Assembly: GCA_944393205.1 (NCBI GenBank)
Contig: CALXZI010000002.1
Span: 500 to 64,499, forward strand
DNA from: an uncultured Alphaproteobacteria bacterium
Lineage (GTDB): Bacteria; Pseudomonadota; Alphaproteobacteria; RF32; CAG-239
DNA length: 64,000 nt
Direction: 5' to 3'
Below are positions 9,012 to 18,904 of the stretch, in pieces (position 1 is the first letter of the stretch; the number at the start of each line of letters is the position of its first letter). The position numbers and the translations under genes are program-made. The notes beneath the pieces were generated by a model. It was given only the letters and a program-made list of their open reading frames with translations, ran no database searches and was not told where the DNA came from.

Positions 9012-10435
9012 TGTTTAAGGCGTCATTAAAAAACAAATGGTTGACGGCTCTGGCAAATATAGCTGTGCTTGCCGTTTTGATATGTGCCGTTCGCACGGCT
9101 TGGCTTGTATATCATCAGCAAGGGCTTGATGTTGATAAAATTTTCGCCGAATCTATGTTAAAAGAAAAATCTTTTACAAAAATGCCGGTAGAAATAAAAA
9201 CCCCGCTGGGCATTAACTTTTGGTTGATTGAAGATCATACGGTGCCGATTGTTGCTGTAAGCTTTATTTTTGAACGCGCCGGACGTGCTTATGATCCGGA
9301 TAAGAAAACGGGAAGAGCTTTAATCGCAGCCAATATGTTAGTCTACGGCGCCGGAAGCCGCGATCGTCAAGACTTTCAGGAAATGCTGGAATTAAACGGT
9401 ATTCGTATGGGGTTTTCGGCCGGTCGCGAAGATTTGTCCGGCATGGTAATTACACCGACCGTCAACCAAAGCACGGCTTTTACCCTGTTGCGCGATGCTC
9501 TGACATCACCGCGTTTTGATTTGGCTGATTTACGTGTGGAGCAGACGCAGAGTGCCGAGGCCTTGCAAATACAACAAGAAAATCCATCTTCGGTTTTAAA
9601 TTTGGCATTCGCTAAAGAAATTTTCGGAGCCGAGCATCCCTTTGCACGCAACCCGTTGGGCAAAGAAGAAGATATCTTCAATTTAACTGCCGAGGATTTG
9701 TATGATTGGCTGAAGAGTTCTTTAGCAAAAGATGTTTTAATCATTGGCGTGGCCGGAGACATAACGCCGGAAGCGGCGGCCTCCGCCGTTGACGGAATTT
9801 TTGCCGCATTGCCGGAACATAACGCTAATAAAGATATTCAATCGCCGGATATAAAATTTGAACCGCGCGTTAAACACCTTGAGCGCGATACGGCGCAAAC
9901 GATTGCTGTTTTTGCCGCAGCCGGTACCGAACGTTTTGCTCCGGATTTTTATCCTTTATATATGGCAAATCATGTGTTCGGAGGTTCCGGTTTGACATCG
10001 CGTTTATCGCTTAAAGCCCGTGAAAAAGAAGGATTGACTTACGGCATATACACTTATTTATCCACCGATGAAAAAACACCGTTGATTTTAGGTCAATTTT
10101 CGGCCACACCGGAAAATTACCCGTTGTTGCAAAAGATTTTGCAAGAAGAATGGCAGGCGTTTGCCCGTAACGGTTTAACGCCGGAAGAACTGGAAACGGC
10201 GCGTAATTATCTGTTGGCTTCGTATAATTTACGCTTTGATTCCGTTGCCGGTCTTGCCGATATGTTAACGGCGATGCAAAAATACCGTCTGGGTTTGGAT
10301 TTTTTGCAAAAAAGAAACGATTATGTTCGTGCCGTGACATTGGAGCAGGTTAATGCCGCCGCCGCTAAATATTTTTCTGTTCAACCGGTTGAAATGCATA
10401 TCGGTCAAGGTAACAATATGGCAAAAGATGATTAA
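9008..10435 (+). CDS. M16 family peptidase, second (non-catalytic-type) subunit
   Basis: Translationally coupled (4-bp overlap) to the preceding M16 gene. M16 fold-like sequence without HxxEH. Confidence 0.75.
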   Translation: MMFKASLKNKWLTALANIAVLAVLICAVRTAWLVYHQQGLDVDKIFAESMLKEKSFTKMPVEIKTPLGINFWLIEDHTVPIVAVSFIFERAGRAYDPDKKTGRALIAANMLVYGAGSRDRQDFQEMLELNGIRMGFSAGREDLSGMVITPTVNQSTAFTLLRDALTSPRFDLADLRVEQTQSAEALQIQQENPSSVLNLAFAKEIFGAEHPFARNPLGKEEDIFNLTAEDLYDWLKSSLAKDVLIIGVAGDITPEAAASAVDGIFAALPEHNANKDIQSPDIKFEPRVKHLERDTAQTIAVFAAAGTERFAPDFYPLYMANHVFGGSGLTSRLSLKAREKEGLTYGIYTYLSTDEKTPLILGQFSATPENYPLLQKILQEEWQAFARNGLTPEELETARNYLLASYNLRFDSVAGLADMLTAMQKYRLGLDFLQKRNDYVRAVTLEQVNAAAAKYFSVQPVEMHIGQGNNMAKDD

Positions 10436-10454
10436 AAAGGAGCAAGAAAGAAAA

Positions 10455-12107
10455 ATGTTCGGATTAAATAAAAACAAACAAAACACCAAGGCTTGGAAAA
10501 AATTGGTCAGTGAATACAAACGGTTTAAAAAAGTTGAAATGCGAGATTTATTTGCCGCTGATAATAAACGGGCGGCAAAGTATACGTTGCGTGTGAATGA
10601 TTTGATTTTGGATTATTCCAAAAACCGTTTTGATGAGAAAGTTTTGGCTTCATTGCTGGCTTTGGCATACGAACGTAAAATTCCCGAAAAAATCAACTCT
10701 ATGTTCACCGGTGACAAAATAAACATAACCGAAAAACGTTCCGTTTTACATGTTGCGTTGCGCAATCGTTCGGGGCGGGCTGTGTTAAGCGGTGGCCAAG
10801 ATGTTATGCCGCAAATTAATGAAGTCTTGTTAAAAATGAAAAAGTTTTCCGATGCGGTCCGCTATGGCGAATTCAAAGGCTACACCGGTAAAAAATTAAC
10901 CAACATCGTCAATATCGGCATCGGCGGTTCGGATCTGGGACCGGTCATGGTTTGTGAGGCGCTGCGCAAGTATTGTGCTAAAGATATTAATTGTTATTTT
11001 ATATCAAATATTGATGGTACTGCCTGTGCCGAAATATTAAATAAGCTTGATCCGGAAACGACCTTGTTTATCATTGCCTCCAAAACATTTACCACGATTG
11101 AAACTTTAACCAATGCTAAAACTTGCCGCCGTTGGCTGGTTAACGCGTTGGGTGAACATGCCGTTGACAAGCATTTTGTTGCACTTTCCACCAATCGGGA
11201 AGAGGTCGTCAAATTCGGTATTAATCCGGATAATATGTTTGCATTTTGGGATTTTGTCGGCGGCCGCTATTCTCTATGGTCAGCAATCGGATTGATTATA
11301 TGCATTGCCATCGGTTTTGAAAATTTTGAAAAACTTTTGGAAGGTGCTTATGCCATGGACGAGCATTTCCGTACGGAGCCGTTGGCAGAAAATATACCGG
11401 TAATTATGGCACTGTTGGGCATTTGGTATAATAACTTTTTTAATATTCATCGTTATGCGGTTATTCCTTATGACCAATATTTGCGTTTTCTGCCAGCTTA
11501 TTTGCAACAGTTGGATATGGAAAGCAACGGCAAATCGGTTGATAGAGAGAATAACTTTGTCAAATACGCCACCGGTCCGGTATTGTTCGGCGGTGCCGGT
11601 ACTGATGTCCAACATTCATTTTTCCAACTGTTGCACCAAGGGACAGAAATGGTTCCGGTTGATTTTATCGTGCCGGCAATATCGCACAATGAAATCGGCA
11701 ACCACCACGAAATTTTGCTTTCCAATGTGTTGGCGCAAGGAGAGGCGTTAATGAAAGGGAAAACAGTTGCTGAAGCTGCAGAAGAATTGCACAAAGCCGG
11801 AAAAAGCAAAGAAGAAGTGGAAGCCTTAAAAAAATATAAGAGTTTCAGCGGTAATCGGCCGTCCAACACCTTGTTGCTTAAGAAAATTGATGCTTTTTCA
11901 TTAGGGATGTTGATTGCTTTATATGAACACAAGGTTTTTGTTCAAGGGATGATTTGGAACGTTAATTCGTTTGACCAAATGGGAGTGGAACTTGGCAAAC
12001 AAATGGCATTGAAAATTTTGCCGGAGTTGGAAGGTACATATTTTGCTGATAAGCACGATTCTTCAACGCTGGCTCTGATTAAAGCCGTCCGCAAGTTTCG
12101 CAAATAA
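10455..12107 (+). CDS. pgi: glucose-6-phosphate isomerase
   Basis: Start chosen at ATG 10455 with AAGGAG upstream. Protein contains IGIGGSDLGP and other PGI signatures. Confidence 0.92.
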   Translation: MFGLNKNKQNTKAWKKLVSEYKRFKKVEMRDLFAADNKRAAKYTLRVNDLILDYSKNRFDEKVLASLLALAYERKIPEKINSMFTGDKINITEKRSVLHVALRNRSGRAVLSGGQDVMPQINEVLLKMKKFSDAVRYGEFKGYTGKKLTNIVNIGIGGSDLGPVMVCEALRKYCAKDINCYFISNIDGTACAEILNKLDPETTLFIIASKTFTTIETLTNAKTCRRWLVNALGEHAVDKHFVALSTNREEVVKFGINPDNMFAFWDFVGGRYSLWSAIGLIICIAIGFENFEKLLEGAYAMDEHFRTEPLAENIPVIMALLGIWYNNFFNIHRYAVIPYDQYLRFLPAYLQQLDMESNGKSVDRENNFVKYATGPVLFGGAGTDVQHSFFQLLHQGTEMVPVDFIVPAISHNEIGNHHEILLSNVLAQGEALMKGKTVAEAAEELHKAGKSKEEVEALKKYKSFSGNRPSNTLLLKKIDAFSLGMLIALYEHKVFVQGMIWNVNSFDQMGVELGKQMALKILPELEGTYFADKHDSSTLALIKAVRKFRK

Positions 12108-12123
12108 CAACAGGAATTGAAAC

Positions 12124-13977
12124 ATGACAATCCGTATTTTACCGGATAATCTGATAAACCAAATTGCTGCCGGCGAAGTGATAGAGCGTCCGGCTTCCGT
12201 GGTCAAAGAGCTGGTGGAAAACGCCATTGATGCCGGTGCTGAAAATATTGAGGTCGGCTTGGTTGGCGGCGGTAAAAACCTGATTGCCATAACCGATGAC
12301 GGTAAAGGGATGTCTGGCGAAGAATTAAATTTGGCTGTTGAACGTCATGCGACTTCAAAACTTCCCGACGATGATTTGTTTAATATCAAACATTTAGGTT
12401 TCAGAGGTGAGGCACTGCCATCCATTGCCGCTGTTTCGCGTATGACCATCACCACACGCCAAAAAGCTTCTGAAAACGCTTGGCAATTAAGCATAACCGG
12501 CGGTGTGAAATCAGAAATGCAACCGGCGGCTTTATCCAGAGGCACCAATATTGAAGTACGCGATTTGTTTTATGCCACGCCGGCGCGTTTAAAATTTCTG
12601 AAAGCAGATAGTGCCGAAGCGGCGCAATGCATTGATATTGTCAACCGCATAGCCATGGCCAATCCGCACATAGCTTTTTATCTGACAAGCGAAGGACGTA
12701 AACGCATATCCTTAAATGCCTGTTCGGGTGAGCTTTTGGAGGCAAGGTTAAAACGCATTAGCGAGGTGATGGGCAAAGAATTTGCTGATAATTCAATTTT
12801 AATAAACGCTTCACGCGAACACATTCACATCAGCGGCTATGTCAGTCTCCCGACTTTAAATAAAGCCAATTCCTTGGCGCAATATTTATTTGTCAACAGC
12901 CGTCCTGTGCGCGATAAACTCCTTTTAGGCGCAATCAAAGGCGCCTATCAAGATGTTTTAGCATCAAACCGCTATCCGTTATGCGCGTTGTTTATTGATG
13001 TTGATCCGGCTTATGTTGATGTCAATGTGCACCCGACCAAAGCCGAGGTTCGTTTTTATGATGCCGCAGCTGTCCGCGGTTTATTGGTCGGCGCCATTCG
13101 CCACGGACTTGCTTTAGGTGATAAAGTTGTGGCCGACACGTTGGATTTGTCGGCTTTCGTGCATGACAATGTTCCGTCTTTTAATCCGTCGCAAACGCAG
13201 ACAACATCGGTACAACCACAAAAGCTTTCTTTTGCCGAAGATGCTTATGAGATGAAAATGCCGGAACCCAAACTTCATACGCTGTTACCGCCGTTTTCAG
13301 CGACGCGCCGTGTGCAAAATCCATTGCCGGAATTGGAACGCCTTTATTCGGTCAAAACCGAAGAATCGGCTTCGGGTGTTCCAACTGATGAAATCGGTCC
13401 GTTGGGTTTGGCTAAAGCCCAGTTTCATGATACTTACATCATATCTCAAGCCGAAGACGGCATTGTCATCATTGATCAGCATGCCGCCCACGAGCGGATA
13501 GTGATGGAAAAGTTAAAAAGCTCTTTGGCGTCCGGTCAAAAAGTAGTCACCCAAATACTTTTGATTCCGGAAATTGTGGACTTAAGTGCCTCGGAAAAAG
13601 AAAACATTCTTTCGCAAGCCGAAAATTTGGCCAAAATGGGGTTGGTGGTTGAAGAATTCGGCCAACAAGCGGTCATCGTCCGTGAGATTCCGGCATTGAT
13701 AAGCGGTGCCGACATCCGCCGCTTGGTGATGGATTTGGCGGCTGAAATCGCCGAATGGGGCGGGGAGTTTTCCTTAACCGACAAACTGCATCACATCTGT
13801 GCGACCATTGCCTGCCATGGCTCCGTGCGTGCCGGACGGCGTTTAAATATTGATGAGATGAACCGTCTGTTGCGCGATATGGAAAAAACCGAACATTCCG
13901 GCCAATGCAATCATGGACGCCCGACCTATGTTGAATTAAAATTAAGCGATATTGAAAAACTCTTTGCCCGCCGTTAA
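12124..13977 (+). CDS. mutL: DNA mismatch repair protein MutL
   Basis: N-terminal GHKL ATPase motifs (IRILPDNLINQIAAGEVIERPASVVKELVENAIDAG) and C-terminal dimerisation domain. Confidence 0.93.
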   Translation: MTIRILPDNLINQIAAGEVIERPASVVKELVENAIDAGAENIEVGLVGGGKNLIAITDDGKGMSGEELNLAVERHATSKLPDDDLFNIKHLGFRGEALPSIAAVSRMTITTRQKASENAWQLSITGGVKSEMQPAALSRGTNIEVRDLFYATPARLKFLKADSAEAAQCIDIVNRIAMANPHIAFYLTSEGRKRISLNACSGELLEARLKRISEVMGKEFADNSILINASREHIHISGYVSLPTLNKANSLAQYLFVNSRPVRDKLLLGAIKGAYQDVLASNRYPLCALFIDVDPAYVDVNVHPTKAEVRFYDAAAVRGLLVGAIRHGLALGDKVVADTLDLSAFVHDNVPSFNPSQTQTTSVQPQKLSFAEDAYEMKMPEPKLHTLLPPFSATRRVQNPLPELERLYSVKTEESASGVPTDEIGPLGLAKAQFHDTYIISQAEDGIVIIDQHAAHERIVMEKLKSSLASGQKVVTQILLIPEIVDLSASEKENILSQAENLAKMGLVVEEFGQQAVIVREIPALISGADIRRLVMDLAAEIAEWGGEFSLTDKLHHICATIACHGSVRAGRRLNIDEMNRLLRDMEKTEHSGQCNHGRPTYVELKLSDIEKLFARR

Positions 13978-14052
13978 TCCTTGCCTTGAAATTTTTTGAG
14001 CTGTGATTATCTGAAACACTGAAAACAGTTTCAACAAAGGAGTTTTTTTATC

Positions 14053-14373
14053 ATGGGAACATTGCTCAAATATCTTTTATATGCCTTGATAATCATTGTG
14101 ATTTATCTGTTAGGTGTCGGTTTTTACGAAGGTACGTTCAACCGCGATTCAACGGTTGGGGAAATTTCTTCCGATGTGGCACAGGGGACTAAACGTGTCA
14201 TCCGCGATGGCTATGATTCAACCAAAGAGACCATTAAAGACGGTTATCAGGCTGCTAAAGACAAAATTGAAGAACATAAAGACGAAAATAAATCTGCCGA
14301 ACCGGCATCCAAACTTGAAGAAGAACCATCTTCTGCACAAACTTCCGCATCCGGTGGTTTTGTTGAAAATTAA
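14053..14373 (+). CDS. hypothetical membrane-anchored protein (106 aa)
   Basis: N-terminal TM helix then a charged, low-complexity domain. Has its own terminator at 14392-14417. Confidence 0.5.
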   Translation: MGTLLKYLLYALIIIVIYLLGVGFYEGTFNRDSTVGEISSDVAQGTKRVIRDGYDSTKETIKDGYQAAKDKIEEHKDENKSAEPASKLEEEPSSAQTSASGGFVEN

Positions 14374-14391
14374 TTTCCTGAAGTAACCTAT

Positions 14392-14417
14392 AAAATCCCT
14401 CTGTCGGGGATTTTTTT
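14392..14417 (+). terminator. rho-independent terminator
   Basis: aaaatccc tctgtcg gggatttt followed by more T. Confidence 0.7.
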
Positions 14418-14600
14418 GTGTTGTTTTAAAATAGGACAAACTCCGCTTGTAAAAAAGAGGAATGCAGGTTTTAATCTTGGTAAAATAGGATTTATTACTC
14501 AACAAACATATAAAAACACTTGCAAACGCAAAAAATAAATGCTTTCTTCTTATAAGAAGGGCAATGCTTTCAAAACAAATATATCAAAACCGGAAATTAT

Positions 14601-14852
14601 ATGAAAGTTTTGGGCATCGCTCAATATTATAAAATCATCTTCATGCTTTTCCCTGGGATTATTTATGGCTATAAAGCCAGTAAAGCACAACATCTCGGCT
14701 CGGAAATCCCACTGCCGCCGATTATGTATATGCAGATTGTAAGCTATATATATTGGGGTGTTTTATTGCTTTCTTTAATTTGGGCGACATATCAGAGCTT
14801 TGGCAAACAAAAACCAAACGAGGCGATTGCGGCCGGCCGCAAAAATCCATAA
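14601..14852 (+). CDS. possible small membrane protein (83 aa)
   Basis: Two predicted hydrophobic helices. No RBS check, no homology; may be spurious. Confidence 0.2.
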   Translation: MKVLGIAQYYKIIFMLFPGIIYGYKASKAQHLGSEIPLPPIMYMQIVSYIYWGVLLLSLIWATYQSFGKQKPNEAIAAGRKNP

Positions 14853-14918
14853 CGCTCTTTAGACATGGTGTTATCTTTTTTTGAAGTATTGAAAACGCAG
14901 AAATCAGGCAATTAAAAG

Positions 14919-15356
14919 TCATTTGGGGGAATCGGCTTTTTCTTCATCGGAGATTTTTTCCACAATGACGGCAGATTTCTTGAATTTTTTCCATTTGTTT
15001 TGAATTTCTTGCCAGAAAGTAAGTTTGTCTTCGCAAGTTTTGGTGGTTTCATTCCATTCGCGGCCGTTTTCTTCACATTTTATCCGGTCCATATTGGCGT
15101 AACGATACCAACCGTATGCGCCGCAACCGATGATAACGACAATCAAAAGAATTTTGATAATGTTTTTTAAAAAGAACCATACGCCCCATAAAAACACAAT
15201 ACCGAGCATAATCGTTTTGTTTAAGAATGCATCTTTTTCCAAAACAAACGCCAGAAATCCGTAATAAGCCAAAAGCACAATGGCCAGCACACTCACCGGC
15301 GATCGCAGGCATAAACGCCATAATCTGTTTGCCAAGTTTGTTTTATCATTACTCAC
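14919..15356 (-). CDS. hypothetical membrane protein (145 aa) with Cys-containing C-terminal domain
   Basis: Three hydrophobic segments followed by CEENGREWNETTKTCEDK. Orphan. Confidence 0.45.
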   Translation of the reverse strand: MSNDKTNLANRLWRLCLRSPVSVLAIVLLAYYGFLAFVLEKDAFLNKTIMLGIVFLWGVWFFLKNIIKILLIVVIIGCGAYGWYRYANMDRIKCEENGREWNETTKTCEDKLTFWQEIQNKWKKFKKSAVIVEKISDEEKADSPK

Positions 15357-15604
15357 CGGTAATCATCTCCAATTCATTTTACAATCTCTAATATATTTTT
15401 ATATGGAAATAAAAAAAAAGCAAGATTTAGCGCAAAAATGCAACAATAAAAAACCTACGTTTTAACTTGATGCAGCAGAGAGTGTAGAAAGCTTCTTATA
15501 TAAAGCAGAATATTTAATCTTGCGTGATTGACAAAAATATGCTATGAATAAAAACAGATGTTTTAATCAAACGTACCCCTGATGTTTATACAAGGAGAAT
15601 CGGA

Positions 15605-18600
15605 ATGGATGAGCAGAGTTTAAGAGATGTTTTTAAGAATTTTATCCTTCAATCGGAAGAACTTGCAATCGCTGATTATGACGAAAATATGGAGATGGAG
15701 ATTTTAATTAATAATCGTGATAAGCGTAAAATTTTCCAATTGCTTTTGGATAATATGCCGGATTATAGAAGTTCTCAAGGCTATATTCACGACTATGTTC
15801 AGGCCTTGTCCTTTTTCTCCAAAGAGCAGATGAAACAAGTATTGCAAACTGTTTTATCCGGTAGTGTGACAGATACAGAATCTCCTCAACGTTTTGCAAT
15901 CATTATGGAAAGTATAAAGACCGGTAAATTATCTCTTGAAGAAACCCAAGATATTGCTCCGGAAAATTTTAGCCGAACGCTCATAAAAAATTGTTATGAT
16001 AATCAGGATTTGTTTATGAACACCAAAGGGTTTCAGCAAATATACAAAAAGATAGAGCAACTGCAAGCTTATTATAATGAGCGTGTCAGTCACAAACTTT
16101 ATGAAATGTCCCACGAAGTGTATAAAAGTACGCTAGGCGATAAGGAAGATTATTGGGACGCTCATGTCTTTACAAGAACGCTTTTAGAACAACATTCCAC
16201 ATGGCAGAATACGGCGGCTTCTTTGTTAGATGAACTCCTTCAAGAAGGATATTATAAAAAATATTATAACATTGAATTTTATAATGCTACCTTGCGTGAT
16301 TTTTTTCCGGAATTAAAAGAAAAAATAGATACGGTTATCACTAGAGATACTTTGAAAGATATGTTGGAGCGAAACAAACGCGAGTTGTTTATCCGTAAAT
16401 GTTTGCGAAATACCGAGATTGACGGCCAGAAAATTGAGCGGTTTGACAGACGCTTGATTAAAGATATTGCCAATACCGATTTGCAAGACCCCAAAGTCAT
16501 TAGTAAAATGGTTCAGTTGTTTTATAAAGTCAACTCACGTCCGGAAACATACGGTTCAAGTTATAATATTTTTTATCCTAATGAGATAACGGCGCAGTTG
16601 GTAAAATTGGATGATAAGTATGTTCAAGATTGGATGTGGCCGGTTCTATCCGAGGTTCGCAAGGAGATTATAGGCACAAGAACCTGTGATCCCAAAAAAT
16701 TATTTGACGCTTGCAAAGCATGGAAACTAAATCCGAAATTCTGGAAAAAAGAGGCAATAAAAATCGGCAAAATGCCTTTGAAAGCCCGAATGGTTGCCAG
16801 TGCAATTTTGAATAGCATTGATGAAGAAGGACATGAAAATTATTCACAAGATTGGATACGCGACAAAAGTTTACGTGCTGATTTTTGGCAGAAAATGGCC
16901 GAAGCTCAAAACATGGGCTGGGATAATGCCATTGTCAAATACTGTAACGATGATGTAAGCAGTAGGCGTCGTTTTTTAAGCTGTTATCAGTCGGTTTTAT
17001 CCGGAGACGAGAGTAAGCTAATTGCCAGAACATCCACATTAGATGAACTCATAACGCACCAAGATAGTATCAAACATCAAATGCGGCGCTTGGTTTATTC
17101 CACACCGAAAGAAAGAGAATATTTTATCAGCAATTATAATATAAAAAAATGGGATGATTTTAATCTTTCGGCGCAACAACGGTGTACAAACCTGATTATA
17201 TCCTTTTTAGGAAAGGAACAAGGACTTTCCGAAGTTAAGAACTGGCGCTTGGATGAAAAGTACAAAGAGTTGTATGCACAAAATCAGGACTGGATTGTAC
17301 CGGCGAGTTTTATTACAGCCCAAACATTTGGGTGTTATTTTCCAACGTATTTGAAAAAAACATCACCTTATATGGATGTGCATGATGCTGTGTATTGGTT
17401 GCCAAAAGATTTATCGCCTGAAAATCGGGACTCATTCAGGCAGTTTATGCTCAACAACATTATTTATGTAGATGACTCGGGAAAAAGGCATCATCGTCCG
17501 ATACAAGAATTGTCTACCATTGCACGTAACTGGAACAGCTTAAAACCGGAAGAACAAAAACAAAAATATAGCGAAGTGCTGGCCATATGTCGCGCTCATG
17601 TTTACGAAAATCAAGAATTTTCTAATTTTGCGGCCGAGGCAGTGCGTTTTGGCGTCAGTGAAAGCGAATATAAAAATTGTGAAGACATCTATAAGGCAGG
17701 TTTAAATGTTCCGGAACCGTTTGACAGTGCAAAAACATATAAATTCGGCAAATATACGGGACGTTTTTTGCCACGTGATGATGTACGGACAGGGTTTTTC
17801 GGCGAACATACCGATTGCTGCCAACGTTTTGGAGGTGTCGGCCATGCCTGTGCGGAATCAACTGTCAAAGACGATTATTCGCAGTTGTTTGTTATTGAAA
17901 ATGAAAAGGGGAATATTGTCGCTGGTAGTTGGACATGGGAAAATACCGAGGGAAAATATCGCGATGTCTGCTTTGATAATATTGAGGCCATCGGCGAATT
18001 TAAAAGTCATCCTATGGTTAACAAGATATATGAAATGGCGGCTAAAGATTTATGTGAGACGCAAAACGTGCGGAAGGTGACAGCCGGTATAGGTTATCAA
18101 GATGCTGACACTTCGCGTTATGAAGTCACGGAAAGCATTCCTCTGCCATCATTGTACGGCAATCAGTATACGGATGCGCATTCACAAGTGTTAATACGTG
18201 AAAACAAAAATGCCTTGCCGCTGGATAAAAGCAAGGAAAGCGAACGCTATGTTCGCGATGCCTGCTTTTTAGATGAGGAAATAATGGATAAAATTTCCGA
18301 AAAGTGTTTTCCAACCTCGGATGCAAATTTACAAACGCCGAGGCGTATTGAAGGGAAAGTTTTAGTAGATAAAGAAAAAGGCGTTGTCGGGTATTGTTTG
18401 TATGACAGTAAAGAAAAAGAGATTTATGATATGGCGGTTTTACCGCAGTATCGTAAAGATAAAAATAAATCTTCGTTAAAATTATTGGGCGAGGTCATTA
18501 AACATGTGCGCAAAGAAGGCGGCGAATGGTCGGCCGAGTTACGCGATAAAACCACGCTACGTTATATGGAAGCTATGAAAGAACGTGGTTTGGTATCAAT

Positions 18601-18739
18601 GCAAATACAGGATATTGACCACGAAATGAGCGACGGTAGCAAGGTTTATCGGGTTACATTCAGCCCCATCATAAGAAAAGAATCCAAAGAAAAGCAAATA
18701 AACCGCATAACGACCGTCAATAATGATGAACGAGGATAA
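15605..18739 (+). CDS. large orphan protein (1044 aa), candidate secreted effector; possible GNAT-like C-terminal domain
   Basis: Long uninterrupted AT-rich ORF with no signal peptide or TM. Internal motif GEHTDCCQRFGGVGHACAES. C-terminal stretch GYCLYD...IYDMAVLPQYRKDKNKSSLKLLGEVIKHVRKEGG is reminiscent of the acyl-CoA N-acyltransferase fold (weak). Followed by the terminator at 18774-18814. Confidence 0.6.
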   Translation: MDEQSLRDVFKNFILQSEELAIADYDENMEMEILINNRDKRKIFQLLLDNMPDYRSSQGYIHDYVQALSFFSKEQMKQVLQTVLSGSVTDTESPQRFAIIMESIKTGKLSLEETQDIAPENFSRTLIKNCYDNQDLFMNTKGFQQIYKKIEQLQAYYNERVSHKLYEMSHEVYKSTLGDKEDYWDAHVFTRTLLEQHSTWQNTAASLLDELLQEGYYKKYYNIEFYNATLRDFFPELKEKIDTVITRDTLKDMLERNKRELFIRKCLRNTEIDGQKIERFDRRLIKDIANTDLQDPKVISKMVQLFYKVNSRPETYGSSYNIFYPNEITAQLVKLDDKYVQDWMWPVLSEVRKEIIGTRTCDPKKLFDACKAWKLNPKFWKKEAIKIGKMPLKARMVASAILNSIDEEGHENYSQDWIRDKSLRADFWQKMAEAQNMGWDNAIVKYCNDDVSSRRRFLSCYQSVLSGDESKLIARTSTLDELITHQDSIKHQMRRLVYSTPKEREYFISNYNIKKWDDFNLSAQQRCTNLIISFLGKEQGLSEVKNWRLDEKYKELYAQNQDWIVPASFITAQTFGCYFPTYLKKTSPYMDVHDAVYWLPKDLSPENRDSFRQFMLNNIIYVDDSGKRHHRPIQELSTIARNWNSLKPEEQKQKYSEVLAICRAHVYENQEFSNFAAEAVRFGVSESEYKNCEDIYKAGLNVPEPFDSAKTYKFGKYTGRFLPRDDVRTGFFGEHTDCCQRFGGVGHACAESTVKDDYSQLFVIENEKGNIVAGSWTWENTEGKYRDVCFDNIEAIGEFKSHPMVNKIYEMAAKDLCETQNVRKVTAGIGYQDADTSRYEVTESIPLPSLYGNQYTDAHSQVLIRENKNALPLDKSKESERYVRDACFLDEEIMDKISEKCFPTSDANLQTPRRIEGKVLVDKEKGVVGYCLYDSKEKEIYDMAVLPQYRKDKNKSSLKLLGEVIKHVRKEGGEWSAELRDKTTLRYMEAMKERGLVSMQIQDIDHEMSDGSKVYRVTFSPIIRKESKEKQINRITTVNNDERG

Positions 18740-18773
18740 AATATTAACTTTTGAACAGTAAAATCAATTTTAG

Positions 18774-18814
18774 GCCGCTTTTTTTGCCCATAGAGAAAAA
18801 AGCGGCGTTTTATA
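18774..18814 (+). terminator. rho-independent terminator after the 1044-aa gene
   Basis: ggccgcttttttt / loop / aaaaaagcggc then gtttta: 11-bp stem. Confidence 0.7.
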
Positions 18815-18904
18815 CTGGGTATAAATTTCAAAAAAAACTTTTGTCCGAAAGCGATTTTTGCTATATTGCCGGCAGTTGAAAAATTAAAATATGAGGAAAA
18901 ATCT

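Noticed and set aside
12063-12290. 75-aa minus-strand ORF across the pgi/mutL junction
   Set aside because: It is antisense to two well-supported genes.
15480-15604. Canonical sigma-70 promoter for the 1044-aa gene (TTGACA at about 15529)
   Set aside because: A TTGACA hexamer is present, but no acceptable -10 sits at 16-18 nt spacing, so it is not reported as a feature.
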